Below, piece after piece: positions 44,050 to 54,600 of a stretch of DNA of 64,000 bases. The notes beneath the pieces are model-generated. The model was not told where the DNA came from, ran no database searches, and saw only the letters and a list, made by a program, of their open reading frames with translations. The translations under genes were made by a program, and so were the position numbers. How positions within the stretch are numbered: position 1 is the stretch's first letter; each line of letters opens with the position of its first letter. This DNA is from an uncultured Verrucomicrobiae bacterium (GTDB lineage Bacteria > Verrucomicrobiota > Verrucomicrobiia > Chthoniobacterales > UBA10450): contig CAVSDR010000005.1 in assembly GCA_963726745.1 (NCBI GenBank), positions 128,001-192,000 of the forward strand, given 5' to 3'.

Positions 44050-44694
44050 TCACAGCATCTCCACGATTTGCATGATCGCATTCTGCAAACGCAGGCGCTC
44101 AGCTTCAAATTCCTCGTCGGTCGCGGTGGGCCGCACCGGGAGGAGAGGGCCGAAGATCACGCGCACTTTCGAGAACGGCTTCGGAATGATGAAGCGATCC
44201 CAACTCCCGAGGCGCCAGCAGCTCGAAAATTCGAAGTTCGTTGGGAGGAGCGGCGCGCCGGATTTCTGCGCGAGGAAAACGATCCCGGCGCCGAGCTGGT
44301 AGGCTGGGCCGCGCGGGCCATCCGGCGTGATCGCGACGTCGCGGCCGCTTTGGAGGACGTCGGCTAGTTGCAGCATCGCGCTGGCGCCGCGGCGCGAGCT
44401 CGAGCCGCGCGCGACCTCGACGTCGTAGCGGCGGACGAATTCCGAGAGCATCTCGCCGTCGCGGCTGGCGCTGATGAGCGCGACCGCGCGCCGGTGCGGG
44501 ATGAAATGCCGCGCGACGTGCGGCCAAAGGAAAAGACGATTGTGCCAGAGCGCGCCGATCACGCGTTCGTTAGGCGGCAACTTCAGGAAACCGCCCGGAT
44601 CGTCGATCTGGTAGCGCAGGGTGCGCACCCAGATTTGCTGGAGGTAATACGCGAAGGCGATGAGCCAGCGCGCCGGGCGGCCACGGATTTTCAA
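44050..44694 (-). CDS. Lysophospholipid acyltransferase family (DUF374-like) protein
   Basis: [43 protein letters not shown] start overlapping the ubiX stop. Confidence 0.8.
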   Translation of the reverse strand: MKIRGRPARWLIAFAYYLQQIWVRTLRYQIDDPGGFLKLPPNERVIGALWHNRLFLWPHVARHFIPHRRAVALISASRDGEMLSEFVRRYDVEVARGSSSRRGASAMLQLADVLQSGRDVAITPDGPRGPAYQLGAGIVFLAQKSGAPLLPTNFEFSSCWRLGSWDRFIIPKPFSKVRVIFGPLLPVRPTATDEEFEAERLRLQNAIMQIVEML

Positions 44695-45254
44695 ACTTCG
44701 CTGGCTTCCGGATCGCGCCAGCGGTAGGCGCGCGGGTTCGGCAGATTGAGTTGATCGAGAATGCGCCAGACGACGGTGTCGGCGACGTCGTTGACCGTCT
44801 GCGGGCGGCTGTAGAACGAGGGAATAGCCGGCAAGACGACCGCGCCGGCCTCGAGCAGCGTGACTACGTTGCGCGCGTGGATCAGGCTCCACGGGGTCTC
44901 GCGCGGCACGACGATGAGCTGGCGGCGTTCCTTCAGAAAAACGTCGGCCGCGCGGAGGAGCGCGCTGGTGCCGGAACCGCTGGCGATGCGGCCGAGGGTC
45001 GACATGGAGCAGGGGACGATGACCATGGCGTCGAAGCGCGCCGAGCCGCTGACGTAGGGGACGTTGAGGTCGTTCTCGGTCTGCCGGTGCACTCCGGCGG
45101 GGATGCGGAGCTCGTCGGTTTCCTGCGTGGCCACCTGCCGCGCGTGCCCGCTGAGAATGAGATGGACCTCGTGCGCCGCGGGATCGATTTGATCGAGCAA
45201 GCGCTGGAGATAGATCGTGCCGCTGGCGCCGGTGGCGGCGATGACGAGTTTCAT
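44691..45254 (-). CDS. ubiX: Flavin prenyltransferase
   Basis: ATGASG, SGS, PCSMSTL, RAADVFLKERR, PRETP, PSFY. Confidence 0.93.
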   Translation of the reverse strand: MKLVIAATGASGTIYLQRLLDQIDPAAHEVHLILSGHARQVATQETDELRIPAGVHRQTENDLNVPYVSGSARFDAMVIVPCSMSTLGRIASGSGTSALLRAADVFLKERRQLIVVPRETPWSLIHARNVVTLLEAGAVVLPAIPSFYSRPQTVNDVADTVVWRILDQLNLPNPRAYRWRDPEASEV

Positions 45255-45290
45255 TCGCGCCTACGGTAAGCGCGGCCCATATTTTCCTCC

Positions 45291-45671
45291 ATGATCAAAA
45301 AGCTCCTTCACACGCGCTACCGGGTTCAGGATTTGGAGAAGACGGTGAGCTTTTACCGCGACGTCCTCGGGCTCGAGGAAGTGCGCCGCCACACCTCAGG
45401 GCGCGGCTCGCAGCTGGTCTTCCTGAAGGCGCCGGGGAGCGAGGAGGAGATCGAGCTCTGCAAGTTCGACGAGAGCGGTCCGGTGGTGGTGGGCCCGGAC
45501 CTGACGCACCTCGCCTTTGAGGTGGACGACATCGAAGAGTTTGGGAAAGCGACCGCGGCCAAAGGCTACCCGCTCTCCGACGGACCACACCCGAACAGCA
45601 ACGGCGGCGCGATCGCGTTCATCGACGCGCCCGAAGGCTACGAGGTCGAGCTGATCCAGCGCGGGAAATAG
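45291..45671 (+). CDS. VOC family protein (lactoylglutathione lyase-like)
   Basis: LLHTRYRVQDLEKTVSFYRDVLG, HLAFEVDD, FIDAPEGYEVELI. Confidence 0.88.
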   Translation: MIKKLLHTRYRVQDLEKTVSFYRDVLGLEEVRRHTSGRGSQLVFLKAPGSEEEIELCKFDESGPVVVGPDLTHLAFEVDDIEEFGKATAAKGYPLSDGPHPNSNGGAIAFIDAPEGYEVELIQRGK

Positions 45672-45716
45672 CCGGCAGGATGGCGCGCCCCTTGCGCTAC
45701 GCAGGGAGGTAACACA

Positions 45717-46640
45717 GTGTCACCCGTGAATTTCGTCCGTCATCCTTTCGTTGCTTTTTCGACCGCGCTGCTCTGTTGCGCGCTCGCGACCTCTGCCTTT
45801 GCCGCGCCGAAAAAGAAGAGGAAATCCACTTCTTCGAAGCCGAAAAAGACGGAGATGGAGGCAGTGCGGGCCTTGCCGGCGAACACCGGCGGCTCGCAGC
45901 AGACTGGCGGCATCCCGTCGGTCAAGGCCAAGGCCGTGATCGTGGTCGATGCGCGCACCGGCGAAGTTTTGTATGAAAAAAACGCGGACGCGCAGCGGGC
46001 CGCGGCGAGCACGCAGAAATTGCTCACGGCCTTGATCGTGGCCGAGCGCGGCTATCTCGATAAGGAAGTCACGGTCATGCCGGGCGACACCTACGCCGAG
46101 CCGGTGAAGCTGAATATCAAGGCTGGCGAAAGTTACCGCCGGATCGATTTATTGCGCGCGCTCCTGGTGAAAAGCCCAAACGATGTCGCCCGTTGCCTGG
46201 CGCGCGATTCCGCCGGGAGCTTGGACGCGTTTGCCTACCTGATGAACGAGAAAGCGCGCTCGTTAGGCGCGACCAACTCGCATTTCGTGAACCCGAACGG
46301 CCTCCCGATTCCCGGGCAGTACTCGACCGCGCGCGACCTTTCGTTGATCGCGCGCGCCGCCTACGCCAATCCGACGATCCGCTCGATCGTTTCCATGCCG
46401 ACGCTGGTCTTTCGTTATTCCGATGGGCGCACGCGCGAGCTCGAGAACACAAACAAAGTCCTGAAGCGCCTGCCTTACTGTAACGGGATGAAGACCGGCT
46501 ACACCGAGGCAGCCGGGCATTGCCTTATCTCCAGCGGCGCGCGGCCGGGACGCGACGTCATCGCCGTGGTCTTGGGCGATGCCAAAGGCCAGGTTTGGTC
46601 GGACTCGGCGGCGCTTCTCTCCTGGGCGCTTTGGATGTAG
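45717..46640 (+). CDS. D-alanyl-D-alanine carboxypeptidase (S11)
   Basis: ASTQKL (SxxK), SPND (SxN), HFVNPNGL, MKTGYT. Confidence 0.9.
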   Translation: MSPVNFVRHPFVAFSTALLCCALATSAFAAPKKKRKSTSSKPKKTEMEAVRALPANTGGSQQTGGIPSVKAKAVIVVDARTGEVLYEKNADAQRAAASTQKLLTALIVAERGYLDKEVTVMPGDTYAEPVKLNIKAGESYRRIDLLRALLVKSPNDVARCLARDSAGSLDAFAYLMNEKARSLGATNSHFVNPNGLPIPGQYSTARDLSLIARAAYANPTIRSIVSMPTLVFRYSDGRTRELENTNKVLKRLPYCNGMKTGYTEAAGHCLISSGARPGRDVIAVVLGDAKGQVWSDSAALLSWALWM

Positions 46641-46660
46641 CTTCCGCCTTTGGCGGAGGC

Positions 46661-47849
46661 ATGATGGACGATCCTTTCCACGAACGGTTGCAGGCGCTGC
46701 GCGCGCAATCGCTCCATCGCAAGCTGCGCGAGATCGGCACTGCGCAGGGAGCCGAGGTGGATGTCGTCGGCCGGCACCTGGTCAACTTTTCCTCGAACGA
46801 TTACCTCGGGCTGGCGAACGATCCGATCCTGCGGGAGGCGGCCACGGCGGCGATCGCGGAGTTCGGTGTGGGCGCGGGCGCTTCACGACTCGTGAGCGGC
46901 ACGCAATCGCCGCACCTGCGACTCGAGAGCGCGCTGGCTAAATGGAAAGGCACACCCGCGGCGCTCAGCTTCAGCAGCGGGCACGCGGCGGCCTTGGGGA
47001 CGATTCCCGCGCTCGTCGGCAAGAGCCGACGTGATCTTGCTGGATAAACTCGCGCACGCCTCGCTGATCGACGGCGCGAAATTAAGCGGCGCGCTCATCC
47101 GGGTCTTCCCGCACAACCATCTCGGCAAGCTCGAGAGCCACCTCGATTGGGCCCGGCGCGAGCATCCCGAGGCGCGGCTCCTGATCATCACCGAATCAGT
47201 CTTTTCCATGGACGGCGACCGCGCGCCGCTGCGCGCACTGGTTGGCTTGAAGAAACGCTTTGGCGCGATGCTCTTGCTCGACGAGGCACACGCGGTCGGC
47301 GTCATCGGCACGCATGGCCGCGGGCTGGCCGCGGAGGAAAATCTGACCGCGCACATCGATGTGCAGATGGGTACGATGAGCAAAGCGCTCGGCGTGAGCG
47401 GCGGCTACGTTTGCGGTTCGCGCAGCTTGATCGAGTGGCTGATCAACCGTGCACGCTCCTTTATTTTCTCGACCGCACCGCCGCCCGCGCTGGCGGCGGC
47501 GGCGCAGGCGGCGATCGAGTTTCTCGGCTCGGCCGCCGGCGAAGAGCGCCGGCTGCTCCTCTGGCGGCGGATCGAGACGCTGCGGCATTTGCTGGCGCAA
47601 CGGTCTCTCGAGACCGCCGGCGGCAGCGCGATTCACCCGCTGGTGGTGGGCGACGAGGAAGCCGCGCTGGAACTCTCGCGCGCGCTCCAGGCCGAGGGAT
47701 TTCTCGTCCCGGCGATTCGATATCCCACGGTCGCGCGCGGCGCCGCGCGCCTGCGGATCACCGTGACCGCGGCGCACGACGAGGCGCAGTTGCGAGGATT
47801 AGCCGACGCTTTGGACCGGCTCCGGCCAGACCTGCGCTCGGCGGCCTAG
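46661..47849 (+). CDS. bioF: 8-amino-7-oxononanoate synthase (apparent frameshift near 47025)
   Basis: NFSSNDYLGL, GAGASRLVSG; HASLIDG, ESVFSMDGD, DEAHA, GTMSKALG, IRYPTV. Confidence 0.92.
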
Positions 47850-48109
47850 AGGCTGCCGGCGGCGTTCTGCCGCAGGAGCGGGGTCGGCAGCAGGCTCGGG
47901 TTGCGGTTTGGATCGACCGAACGCGTCGCGGGCACGTCTTCCGGTCCTTCTGCCGGAGGCGCGGGCTCGGCCACCGTGTTCGGATTTGAGGCCGTGCGTT
48001 GCGCAAGCATGCGCGACTGCAAATTCTCGCGGCCAGCGGTGCGTGAAGTGGTTTGGCAGGCGGTAAAGCTCGAGAGCGCGAGCAGGCAAACAGCAAGTTT
48101 GATCATCAT
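47846..48109 (-). CDS. Small putative lipoprotein
   Basis: MMIKLAVCLLALSSFTAC lipobox-like signal. Confidence 0.5.
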   Translation of the reverse strand: MMIKLAVCLLALSSFTACQTTSRTAGRENLQSRMLAQRTASNPNTVAEPAPPAEGPEDVPATRSVDPNRNPSLLPTPLLRQNAAGSL

Positions 48110-48243
48110 AATTTTAGTCCCCAATTTCGGAGGCGAGCGTCCCAGTTGCTGCCTACGGAAGAATTAGAGCACAAATAAAAATTCTGTGGCAAGTACGACC
48201 TTTGCTAGGTCAATCCTGCGACTCAGGAATGAGAAAGCGTCGG

Positions 48244-49110
48244 CTAAAATCGCCCGAGAATAGGCGACAACTTCTGCCGCGTCCCCTCCGGCCAGAGCTT
48301 CCGGTCGGTCACCAGCGCGGCGTCGAGCGCGCGGTGCTCCGGCCAGGTCGGTTGCTCGGGAATTTTCGGAATTGCGAGGGCCAGAACCTTTTTCGCGGCT
48401 TCGGCATTGGCCAGCAAATGACCGAAAACCGACTCCGCGGAGACCGGCTCCTCCTCGATCTTCCAGCAATCGTAATCCGTGATCATGGCCATCGTCCCGA
48501 GCGCGATCTCGGCTTCCCGGGCCAGCTTCGCTTCCGGCAAATTCGTCATGCCAATGACGTCGAAACCGTGCCGGCGATTTAGATTCGACTCGGCGCGCGT
48601 GGAGAAAGCCGGGCCGTCCATGTTCACGTAAGTGCCGCCGTTATGCACGTTCACGCCCGCGGCCTGCGCCGCTTCCGCGAGGATTCGTCGCATCGCGGTG
48701 CTGATCGGCTCGGCAAAGCCGATGTGCGCCGCAATCCCCTCGCCGAAGAAAGTGTGCTGCGCGCGCTGGCTGGTGCGGTCGTAGAACTGATCCGGCAGGA
48801 CGATGTCGCGCGGGGCGTATTTCTCCTGGAGGCTGCCGACCGCGGTCACGCAAATGATCCAGCGCACGCCGAGCGAACGAAGCGCCCAGATGTTCGCGCG
48901 GTGATTTAGTTCATGCGGAAGAAGGCGATGGCCGCGGCCGTGGCGCGGGAGGAAATAGATCTGCCGGCCGTGCAACGTCCCGCCGAAAAGAGCATCGGAG
49001 GGCGCCCCGAAGGGAGTTTCCACCTGCTGCTCGGTCGGATTCTCGATCCCTTCCATTTGGTAAAGGCCGCTGCCTCCGATGATGCCGATCGCGGGTGCTG
49101 GTGCTGTCAT
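48244..49110 (-). CDS. mtnP: S-methyl-5'-thioadenosine phosphorylase
   Basis: IGIIGGSGLY, RHGRGH, GPAFSTRAES, GMTNLPEAKLAREAEI, TDYDCW. Confidence 0.93.
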   Translation of the reverse strand: MTAPAPAIGIIGGSGLYQMEGIENPTEQQVETPFGAPSDALFGGTLHGRQIYFLPRHGRGHRLLPHELNHRANIWALRSLGVRWIICVTAVGSLQEKYAPRDIVLPDQFYDRTSQRAQHTFFGEGIAAHIGFAEPISTAMRRILAEAAQAAGVNVHNGGTYVNMDGPAFSTRAESNLNRRHGFDVIGMTNLPEAKLAREAEIALGTMAMITDYDCWKIEEEPVSAESVFGHLLANAEAAKKVLALAIPKIPEQPTWPEHRALDAALVTDRKLWPEGTRQKLSPILGRF

Positions 49111-49212
49111 GCGGCGGGAGTTAAACCGAAGCGCGCACCTTGGGGAAGGGGAATTCTGCGGCGAGGCGGTCGTGGCGCGGGGTGGGCCCCTGTGCCACTG
49201 TTGCCTCCCGCG

Positions 49213-50568
49213 ATGCCGAAATTTTTCATCAAGACCTACGGCTGCCAGATGAACGAGCGCGACTCCGAGCAGGTGGCGCACTCGCTCCGGGAGCGCGGCT
49301 ACGAGGCCGCGGCGCACGAGGCCGAGGCCGACGTGGTTCTCTTGAACACCTGCAGCGTGCGCGACATGGCCGACCAAAAGGCGCTGGGAAAAATGGGCAT
49401 GATGAGTGTGCTGGCTAAACGCCGGCCGGAAGTGGTCTTCGGCTTTCTCGGCTGCATGGCGCAGGCGCGCGGCGATGCGCTATTCAAGGGCCTGCCGCAT
49501 CTCGACCTGGTCGTGGGCACGCAAAAATTCCATCGCGTGGCTGATTACGTGGAGGAGTTGCTCGAGAAAAAACGCGCGCAACGGATGGACGATCTCCGCT
49601 TCTCCATCTGCGACATCGCGGAGGAAGCCGGCTCGCAGGAGACCATCCGCGACCAGGAGCTCGCGCCCCGGCAGGCGACCGCGTTTGTCTCGATCATGCA
49701 GGGCTGCAACATGCACTGCACTTTTTGCATCGTGCCGTATACCCGCGGGGCTGAGCGCAGCCGAGGCATCGCCGAGATCGTCGAGGAAGTGCGGGCGCTG
49801 GTCGCGCGCGGCGTGCGCGAAGTGACGCTCCTCGGCCAGATCGTGAACCTCTACGGGCGCCACGAATTTGCGAAGGTGGGAGGCAAGAGCCCGTTTGTGC
49901 AGTTGCTCGAGGCGGTGCACGCGGTCGAGGGGCTGCAGCGGCTGCGCTTCACCTCGCCGCATCCGATCGGTTTCCGCGACGATTTGATCAATGCGCTGGC
50001 TGATTTGCCGAAGCTTGCGGAGCACGTGCATCTCCCGCTCCAGTCCGGCTCCGATCGCATCCTGAAAGCGATGCATCGCCCTTACACCGCGGCGAAATAC
50101 AGCCGGCTGGTCGAGCGCATCCGCGCGGCGCGGCCGGACGTGGCTGTGACCACGGATGTGATCGTCGGTTTTCCCGGCGAGACCGAGGAGGATTATCAGC
50201 AGACGCGCGCGCTCGTAGAGCATCTGCAGTTCGACAACGCTTTCATCTTTCGCTACTCCACGCGCGCCGGCACCCCGGCCGCGATCGCCGGCGAGCAGGT
50301 GCCGGAAGCGATCAAGGAAGCGCGCAACAAGGACCTGCTGGGCGTGGTCGACGTTTCCGCGCACCGCGCGAACGATCGTCTGCTCGGGCGCGAGGTGGAG
50401 ATTCTCTGCGAAGGCCCGAGCCGGAATAACGCCGCGCGTTTGATGGGCCGCACGCGCACGAACAAGATCGTCGTCTTCGAGGACGCGGCCAATCGCGCCG
50501 GCGAACTGCTCCGCATTCGCGTGGAGCAGGCGAATGGTTTCAGCTTGTATGGCACGCCGGTCGTGTAA
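49213..50568 (+). CDS. miaB: tRNA-2-methylthio-N6-dimethylallyladenosine synthase
   Basis: TYGCQMNERDSE, NTCSVR, GCNMHCTFCIVPYTRG, C-terminal TRAM domain. Confidence 0.95.
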   Translation: MPKFFIKTYGCQMNERDSEQVAHSLRERGYEAAAHEAEADVVLLNTCSVRDMADQKALGKMGMMSVLAKRRPEVVFGFLGCMAQARGDALFKGLPHLDLVVGTQKFHRVADYVEELLEKKRAQRMDDLRFSICDIAEEAGSQETIRDQELAPRQATAFVSIMQGCNMHCTFCIVPYTRGAERSRGIAEIVEEVRALVARGVREVTLLGQIVNLYGRHEFAKVGGKSPFVQLLEAVHAVEGLQRLRFTSPHPIGFRDDLINALADLPKLAEHVHLPLQSGSDRILKAMHRPYTAAKYSRLVERIRAARPDVAVTTDVIVGFPGETEEDYQQTRALVEHLQFDNAFIFRYSTRAGTPAAIAGEQVPEAIKEARNKDLLGVVDVSAHRANDRLLGREVEILCEGPSRNNAARLMGRTRTNKIVVFEDAANRAGELLRIRVEQANGFSLYGTPVV

Positions 50569-50586
50569 CCCTGCCGCTCCCGTCGC

Positions 50587-51138
50587 ATGATCTATCATCT
50601 CTCGCTCCAGACCGCCGGCCTGCTTGCGGCGATTTTTCTTCTGCTCGTGAGCGCGCCGGCGCTGCTCTTGCCCGAACCTTCGCGCACGTGGATGCGGCGG
50701 CTGCCGCGCTCGTTTCCCGTGGGCGCGTTGCTGCTCACGATCGCGCTCGTTTGGAGCTTTTGGCTGCTCGCGACCATGGAGATGGGCGAGTTCTCCAGTT
50801 TCCGGAAGCCGCTCATGTTCGCGCTCCCGATAGGCTATTTTTTGGTGCTGAAATTCGTGAATGAATTTCTCGCGGTGCGCGCGCTTGGGATGCTCTACCT
50901 GCTCGCGGCCGAGCCGCTCCTCGATGCCGCTTTCCTGCGCTACGAATCGAGCCGCCTCCTGGTCACGGTGCTGGCTTACATCTTGATCGTGAAAGGTCTT
51001 TTCTACGTGACCATGCCGTATCTCCTGCGCGACCAGATCGCCTGGAGCACCGCTTCCAAAGGTCGCTGGCTCTCCTTGAACGCGGTCACGCTCGCTTACG
51101 GCGGGGTGATTCTTTTCTGCGCGCTCACGCTTTATTAA
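50587..51138 (+). CDS. Hypothetical membrane protein
   Basis: 183 aa with several hydrophobic segments, co-oriented after miaB. Confidence 0.7.
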   Translation: MIYHLSLQTAGLLAAIFLLLVSAPALLLPEPSRTWMRRLPRSFPVGALLLTIALVWSFWLLATMEMGEFSSFRKPLMFALPIGYFLVLKFVNEFLAVRALGMLYLLAAEPLLDAAFLRYESSRLLVTVLAYILIVKGLFYVTMPYLLRDQIAWSTASKGRWLSLNAVTLAYGGVILFCALTLY

Positions 51139-52032
51139 GCGCATCCTCGTCATCCGCGGCGGCGCCATTGGCGACTTCATCCTGACGCTGCCGATGCTGG
51201 CCGCGCTGCGCGACGGGTTTTCCGCGGGCGGAGATCGAGCTGCTCGGCTACAAGCACATCGTCGCGCTCGCGGTGCCAGCCTACGCGAATGCTGCCCGCT
51301 CGATCGAATATGGCGCGCTCGCCGGCTTCTTTGCGCGCGGGGGAAACCTGGCGCCGGATCTCGCCGACTATTTTCGCACCTTCGACCTCGTCATCAGCTA
51401 CCTTTTCGATCCCGACCGGCTACTTTCGAGCAAAATCTCCGCCGCTGCGGTGCGGAGGAGATCCTCCTCGGGCCGCCCAAGATCGCCGGCGACGAGCATG
51501 CCGCGCGGCAATGGGCGCGTCCGCTCGCGGAGCTCGGCCTCGAACAGACGACTACGCCGCGCGCTTGAGATTGCCGGCTGTGACCGTGAGTCCGGCGATT
51601 GCGCTTCATCCGGGCAGCGGGAGCGCGCGCAAGAATTGGCCGCTGGAGCGCTGGCAGGCGCTGGTGGATCACCTGCTCGCGACCTATCCCTCGCGAGAAA
51701 TCCTCCTCGTCGGCGGCGAGGCCGATCGCGAGCAACTGGAAACCTTTCGCCGCACGCCTAACGAGAGGTTGCGCCTGGTCGAGAATCTCTCGCTGCCGGA
51801 CCTGGCGGTGAAGCTTGCGGGCTGCGCCATGTTCGTCGGGCACGACAGCGGGATCTCGCACCTGGCCGCGGCCGCGGGCACAAAGTGTCGGCTACTTTTC
51901 GGGCCGACCGATCCCGCGATCTGGGCGCCGTTGAATGAAGAGGTGAAAGTCCTGCGCGCGTCGGACGGGACGATGGAATCGATCTCCCTCGGCGAAGTGA
52001 AAGCGGCGATCGAGACCGCGCTGGCCGAATAG
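51134..52032 (+). CDS. GT9 family (LPS heptosyltransferase-like) glycosyltransferase, several apparent frameshifts
   Basis: KRILVIRGGAIGDFILTLP at 51137; HPGSGSARKNWP, GHDSGISHLAAA, LFGPTDPAIWAP. Confidence 0.8.
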
Positions 52033-52038
52033 CCCCGC

Positions 52039-53136
52039 CTACGAGCTGATGCGCATCGGCATCAAGACGTAGAGAAACGGCGTCTGGATCTTCAAAACGC
52101 CGGGGCTCATCTCGTCGATTAAATCGAGGAAGACTTCGTCTTCGGTGAGCGCGCGCAGCGGCGCCATGAAAAACTCTGGATTGAACGCGATCGAGAATTC
52201 GCGGCCTTTGTAGGCCACCGCGAGCGACTCCTTCGCTTCGCCGACTTCCGGCGTGTTCGCGGTGATGTCGATGTTGTTCTTGGTGAAGTTGAGCTTGATC
52301 GAATTCGACTTGTCGCTCGCGAGCAGGGAGACGCGGCGAAGGGAATTCAGGAAAGTCTCGCGCTCGAGCGTGACGCGTTCCTTGGTCTCCGCCGGGATGA
52401 CCTGGCGGTAGTTCGGGTAGTTCCCCTCGATCAATTTCGAGACCAACAAAGTGTTGTTTAAATCAAAGGCGATCTGCCCGCTGCCGAAGCTGACTTTGAC
52501 GTCGCCTTCATCGGTCAGGAGGCGCTGCAATTCCGTCACGGCCTTGGTCGGGACAATGATGTCGGCCTCGTGGCTACGGGGAAATTCGAGGTCGATATCG
52601 ACCATCGCCAGGCGGCGGCCGTCGGTGGCCACGAGCGTGAGCTTGTTTTCCTTGAGCGAAAAGAGCACGCCGTTGAGCACGTAGCGCGTCTCATCGGTCG
52701 AGATCGCGTAGGCTGTTTTCCGCAGGCCATCGCGCAGCGCTTTCTGCGGGATGGTCACGTTCTTCGCGCCTTCAAATTTCGGCAGTGGCGGGAACTCTTC
52801 TTCCGGCAAACCGAGGATCTTGAAGAAGCTCTGGCCGCTGCGGATGGAGGCGGCGTTTTTGTTATCGATCTCGATCTGGATTTCGCTCGAGGGCAGCTCG
52901 CGAATGATCGTGAAGAGCCGGCGCGCCGGCAGCGTGGTCGCGCCTTCTTTTTCCACCTTCGCCTCGAAGCTTCCACGCACTCCGACGTCGAGGTCGGTCG
53001 TGGTCAGGTGCACTTCGCCGCCGCTCGCCTGCAGGAGAACGTTCGAGAGAATCGGCAAGGTCGTGCGCGTGCTGACGACGTTTTGAACCTGCTGCAAACC
53101 TTCGAGTAATTTCTCTTTCGTGGCGCTGAATTTCAT
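52039..53136 (-). CDS. dnaN: DNA polymerase III beta clamp
   Basis: TTLPILSNVLL, STDETRYVLNG, VATDGRRLA, GNYPNY, VLMPMR. Confidence 0.97.
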   Translation of the reverse strand: MKFSATKEKLLEGLQQVQNVVSTRTTLPILSNVLLQASGGEVHLTTTDLDVGVRGSFEAKVEKEGATTLPARRLFTIIRELPSSEIQIEIDNKNAASIRSGQSFFKILGLPEEEFPPLPKFEGAKNVTIPQKALRDGLRKTAYAISTDETRYVLNGVLFSLKENKLTLVATDGRRLAMVDIDLEFPRSHEADIIVPTKAVTELQRLLTDEGDVKVSFGSGQIAFDLNNTLLVSKLIEGNYPNYRQVIPAETKERVTLERETFLNSLRRVSLLASDKSNSIKLNFTKNNIDITANTPEVGEAKESLAVAYKGREFSIAFNPEFFMAPLRALTEDEVFLDLIDEMSPGVLKIQTPFLYVLMPMRISS

Positions 53137-53232
53137 GAGGAGTGCGGGGCCGGACGAGCTATGATGTAAGGCTTCCGATTTTATTCGGCAACCGCAATCT
53201 CGACGCGGCGCGCCGAGGAAAAGGCAATCGGT

Positions 53233-54600
53233 TTAACGCTTCAGCGAACTGTCGATGAAGGAGATGGTTTGCCGGAGATTATCCTGCTCGGTCATCTTCC
53301 GCTTCACCGTCTTGCAGGCATGGAGCACGGTCCCGTGATCGCGTCCGCCAAAGGCGTCGCCGATCTCATTGAGTGAGGCCTTGGTCAGTTCGCGTGAGAG
53401 ATACATCGCGATCTGGCGGGGAAAGGCAATGTTCGCCGGCCGGCGCTTGCTCGTCATGTCGGCAATGCGGACATCGAAGTGCTCGGCCACGCGCCGCTGG
53501 ATTTGCTCGATCGTAACCGCGTGCCGCGCCTCTTCGTTGAGGATGTCCTTGAGCAGATGCTCGACGACCTCGTTGTTCAGCTCCTTCCCGCTGAGCGAGG
53601 CAAAGGAGGCCACGCGCATGAGGGCGCCCTCGAGCCGGCGCACGTTCGTGCGGATACGGTTTGCGAGGAAAGTGAAGATCTCGTCGGAGAGTTTGATCTG
53701 CAGGGTGCGCGCTTTCTTGCGGAGAATGGCGGTGCGCGTTTCGACATCGGGCGGCTGCAGCTCGGCGGTCAAGCCCCACTCGAAGCGCGAGACCAGCCGA
53801 TGCTCGAGATTGGCAATCTCGGAAGCCGGCCGGTCGCTCGAGAGGACGATCTGCTTATGGCCGTCGAAGAGCGTGTTGAAAGTGTGGAAGAACTCTTCCT
53901 GCGAACGCTCCTTGCCGCCGAGGAACTGGATGTCGTCGATCAGGAGGAGATCGGCCTGGCGATAGCGCTTCCGGAATTTAACCAGCGTGCTGTGCTGGAT
54001 CGCGTCGATGAATTCGTTGATGAAAAGCTCGCTCGAGAGATACATCACCTTGGCGTTTTTCTTCTTCGACCAAACGTATTGGCCGATCGCCTGCATCAGG
54101 TGCGTTTTGCCCAAACCGACGCCGCCATAAATAAACAGCGGGTTGTAAGTGCGCGCCGGGGATTGCGCGACCGCGAGACTGGCGGCATGCGCGATTTCGT
54201 TGTTCGGCCCGACAACGAACGACTCAAAGTTATTTCGAGGATTGAGCCCGACAGGACCGGTGGGCGAACTTTTGCCGGTGGTCACGGCGGGCGCCGCTGG
54301 CGGCTCTTCCTGCACCACTTCCAAGTCGCCTTCGTCAGCGGTCGCATTGTCTGAAGGAAGAGTAAAACGAACCTTTCGAGGCTCGCCAAAAGCGCTCACG
54401 ATCGCGGCCTGCAAGGCGGCCATGTGATTACTCTCGATCCAGAACTGGTAGATATTGTTCGGGACCAGGAAGGTAAAGGAATCGTCCGAGACTTCCGATA
54501 GTTTGACCGCGGAAAACCAACGCTTGTAGGTATCCGCACTGACCTGTGGTCTGAGGGCTGCCGACAGCTTGGTCCATGTTTGCGCACACTTCTCTTCCAT
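53233..54600 (-). CDS. dnaA: Chromosomal replication initiator
   Basis: YNPLFIYGGVGLGKTHL, LLIDDIQF, QEEFFHTFN, FGGRDHGTVLHA. Confidence 0.98.
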   Translation of the reverse strand: MEEKCAQTWTKLSAALRPQVSADTYKRWFSAVKLSEVSDDSFTFLVPNNIYQFWIESNHMAALQAAIVSAFGEPRKVRFTLPSDNATADEGDLEVVQEEPPAAPAVTTGKSSPTGPVGLNPRNNFESFVVGPNNEIAHAASLAVAQSPARTYNPLFIYGGVGLGKTHLMQAIGQYVWSKKKNAKVMYLSSELFINEFIDAIQHSTLVKFRKRYRQADLLLIDDIQFLGGKERSQEEFFHTFNTLFDGHKQIVLSSDRPASEIANLEHRLVSRFEWGLTAELQPPDVETRTAILRKKARTLQIKLSDEIFTFLANRIRTNVRRLEGALMRVASFASLSGKELNNEVVEHLLKDILNEEARHAVTIEQIQRRVAEHFDVRIADMTSKRRPANIAFPRQIAMYLSRELTKASLNEIGDAFGGRDHGTVLHACKTVKRKMTEQDNLRQTISFIDSSLKR

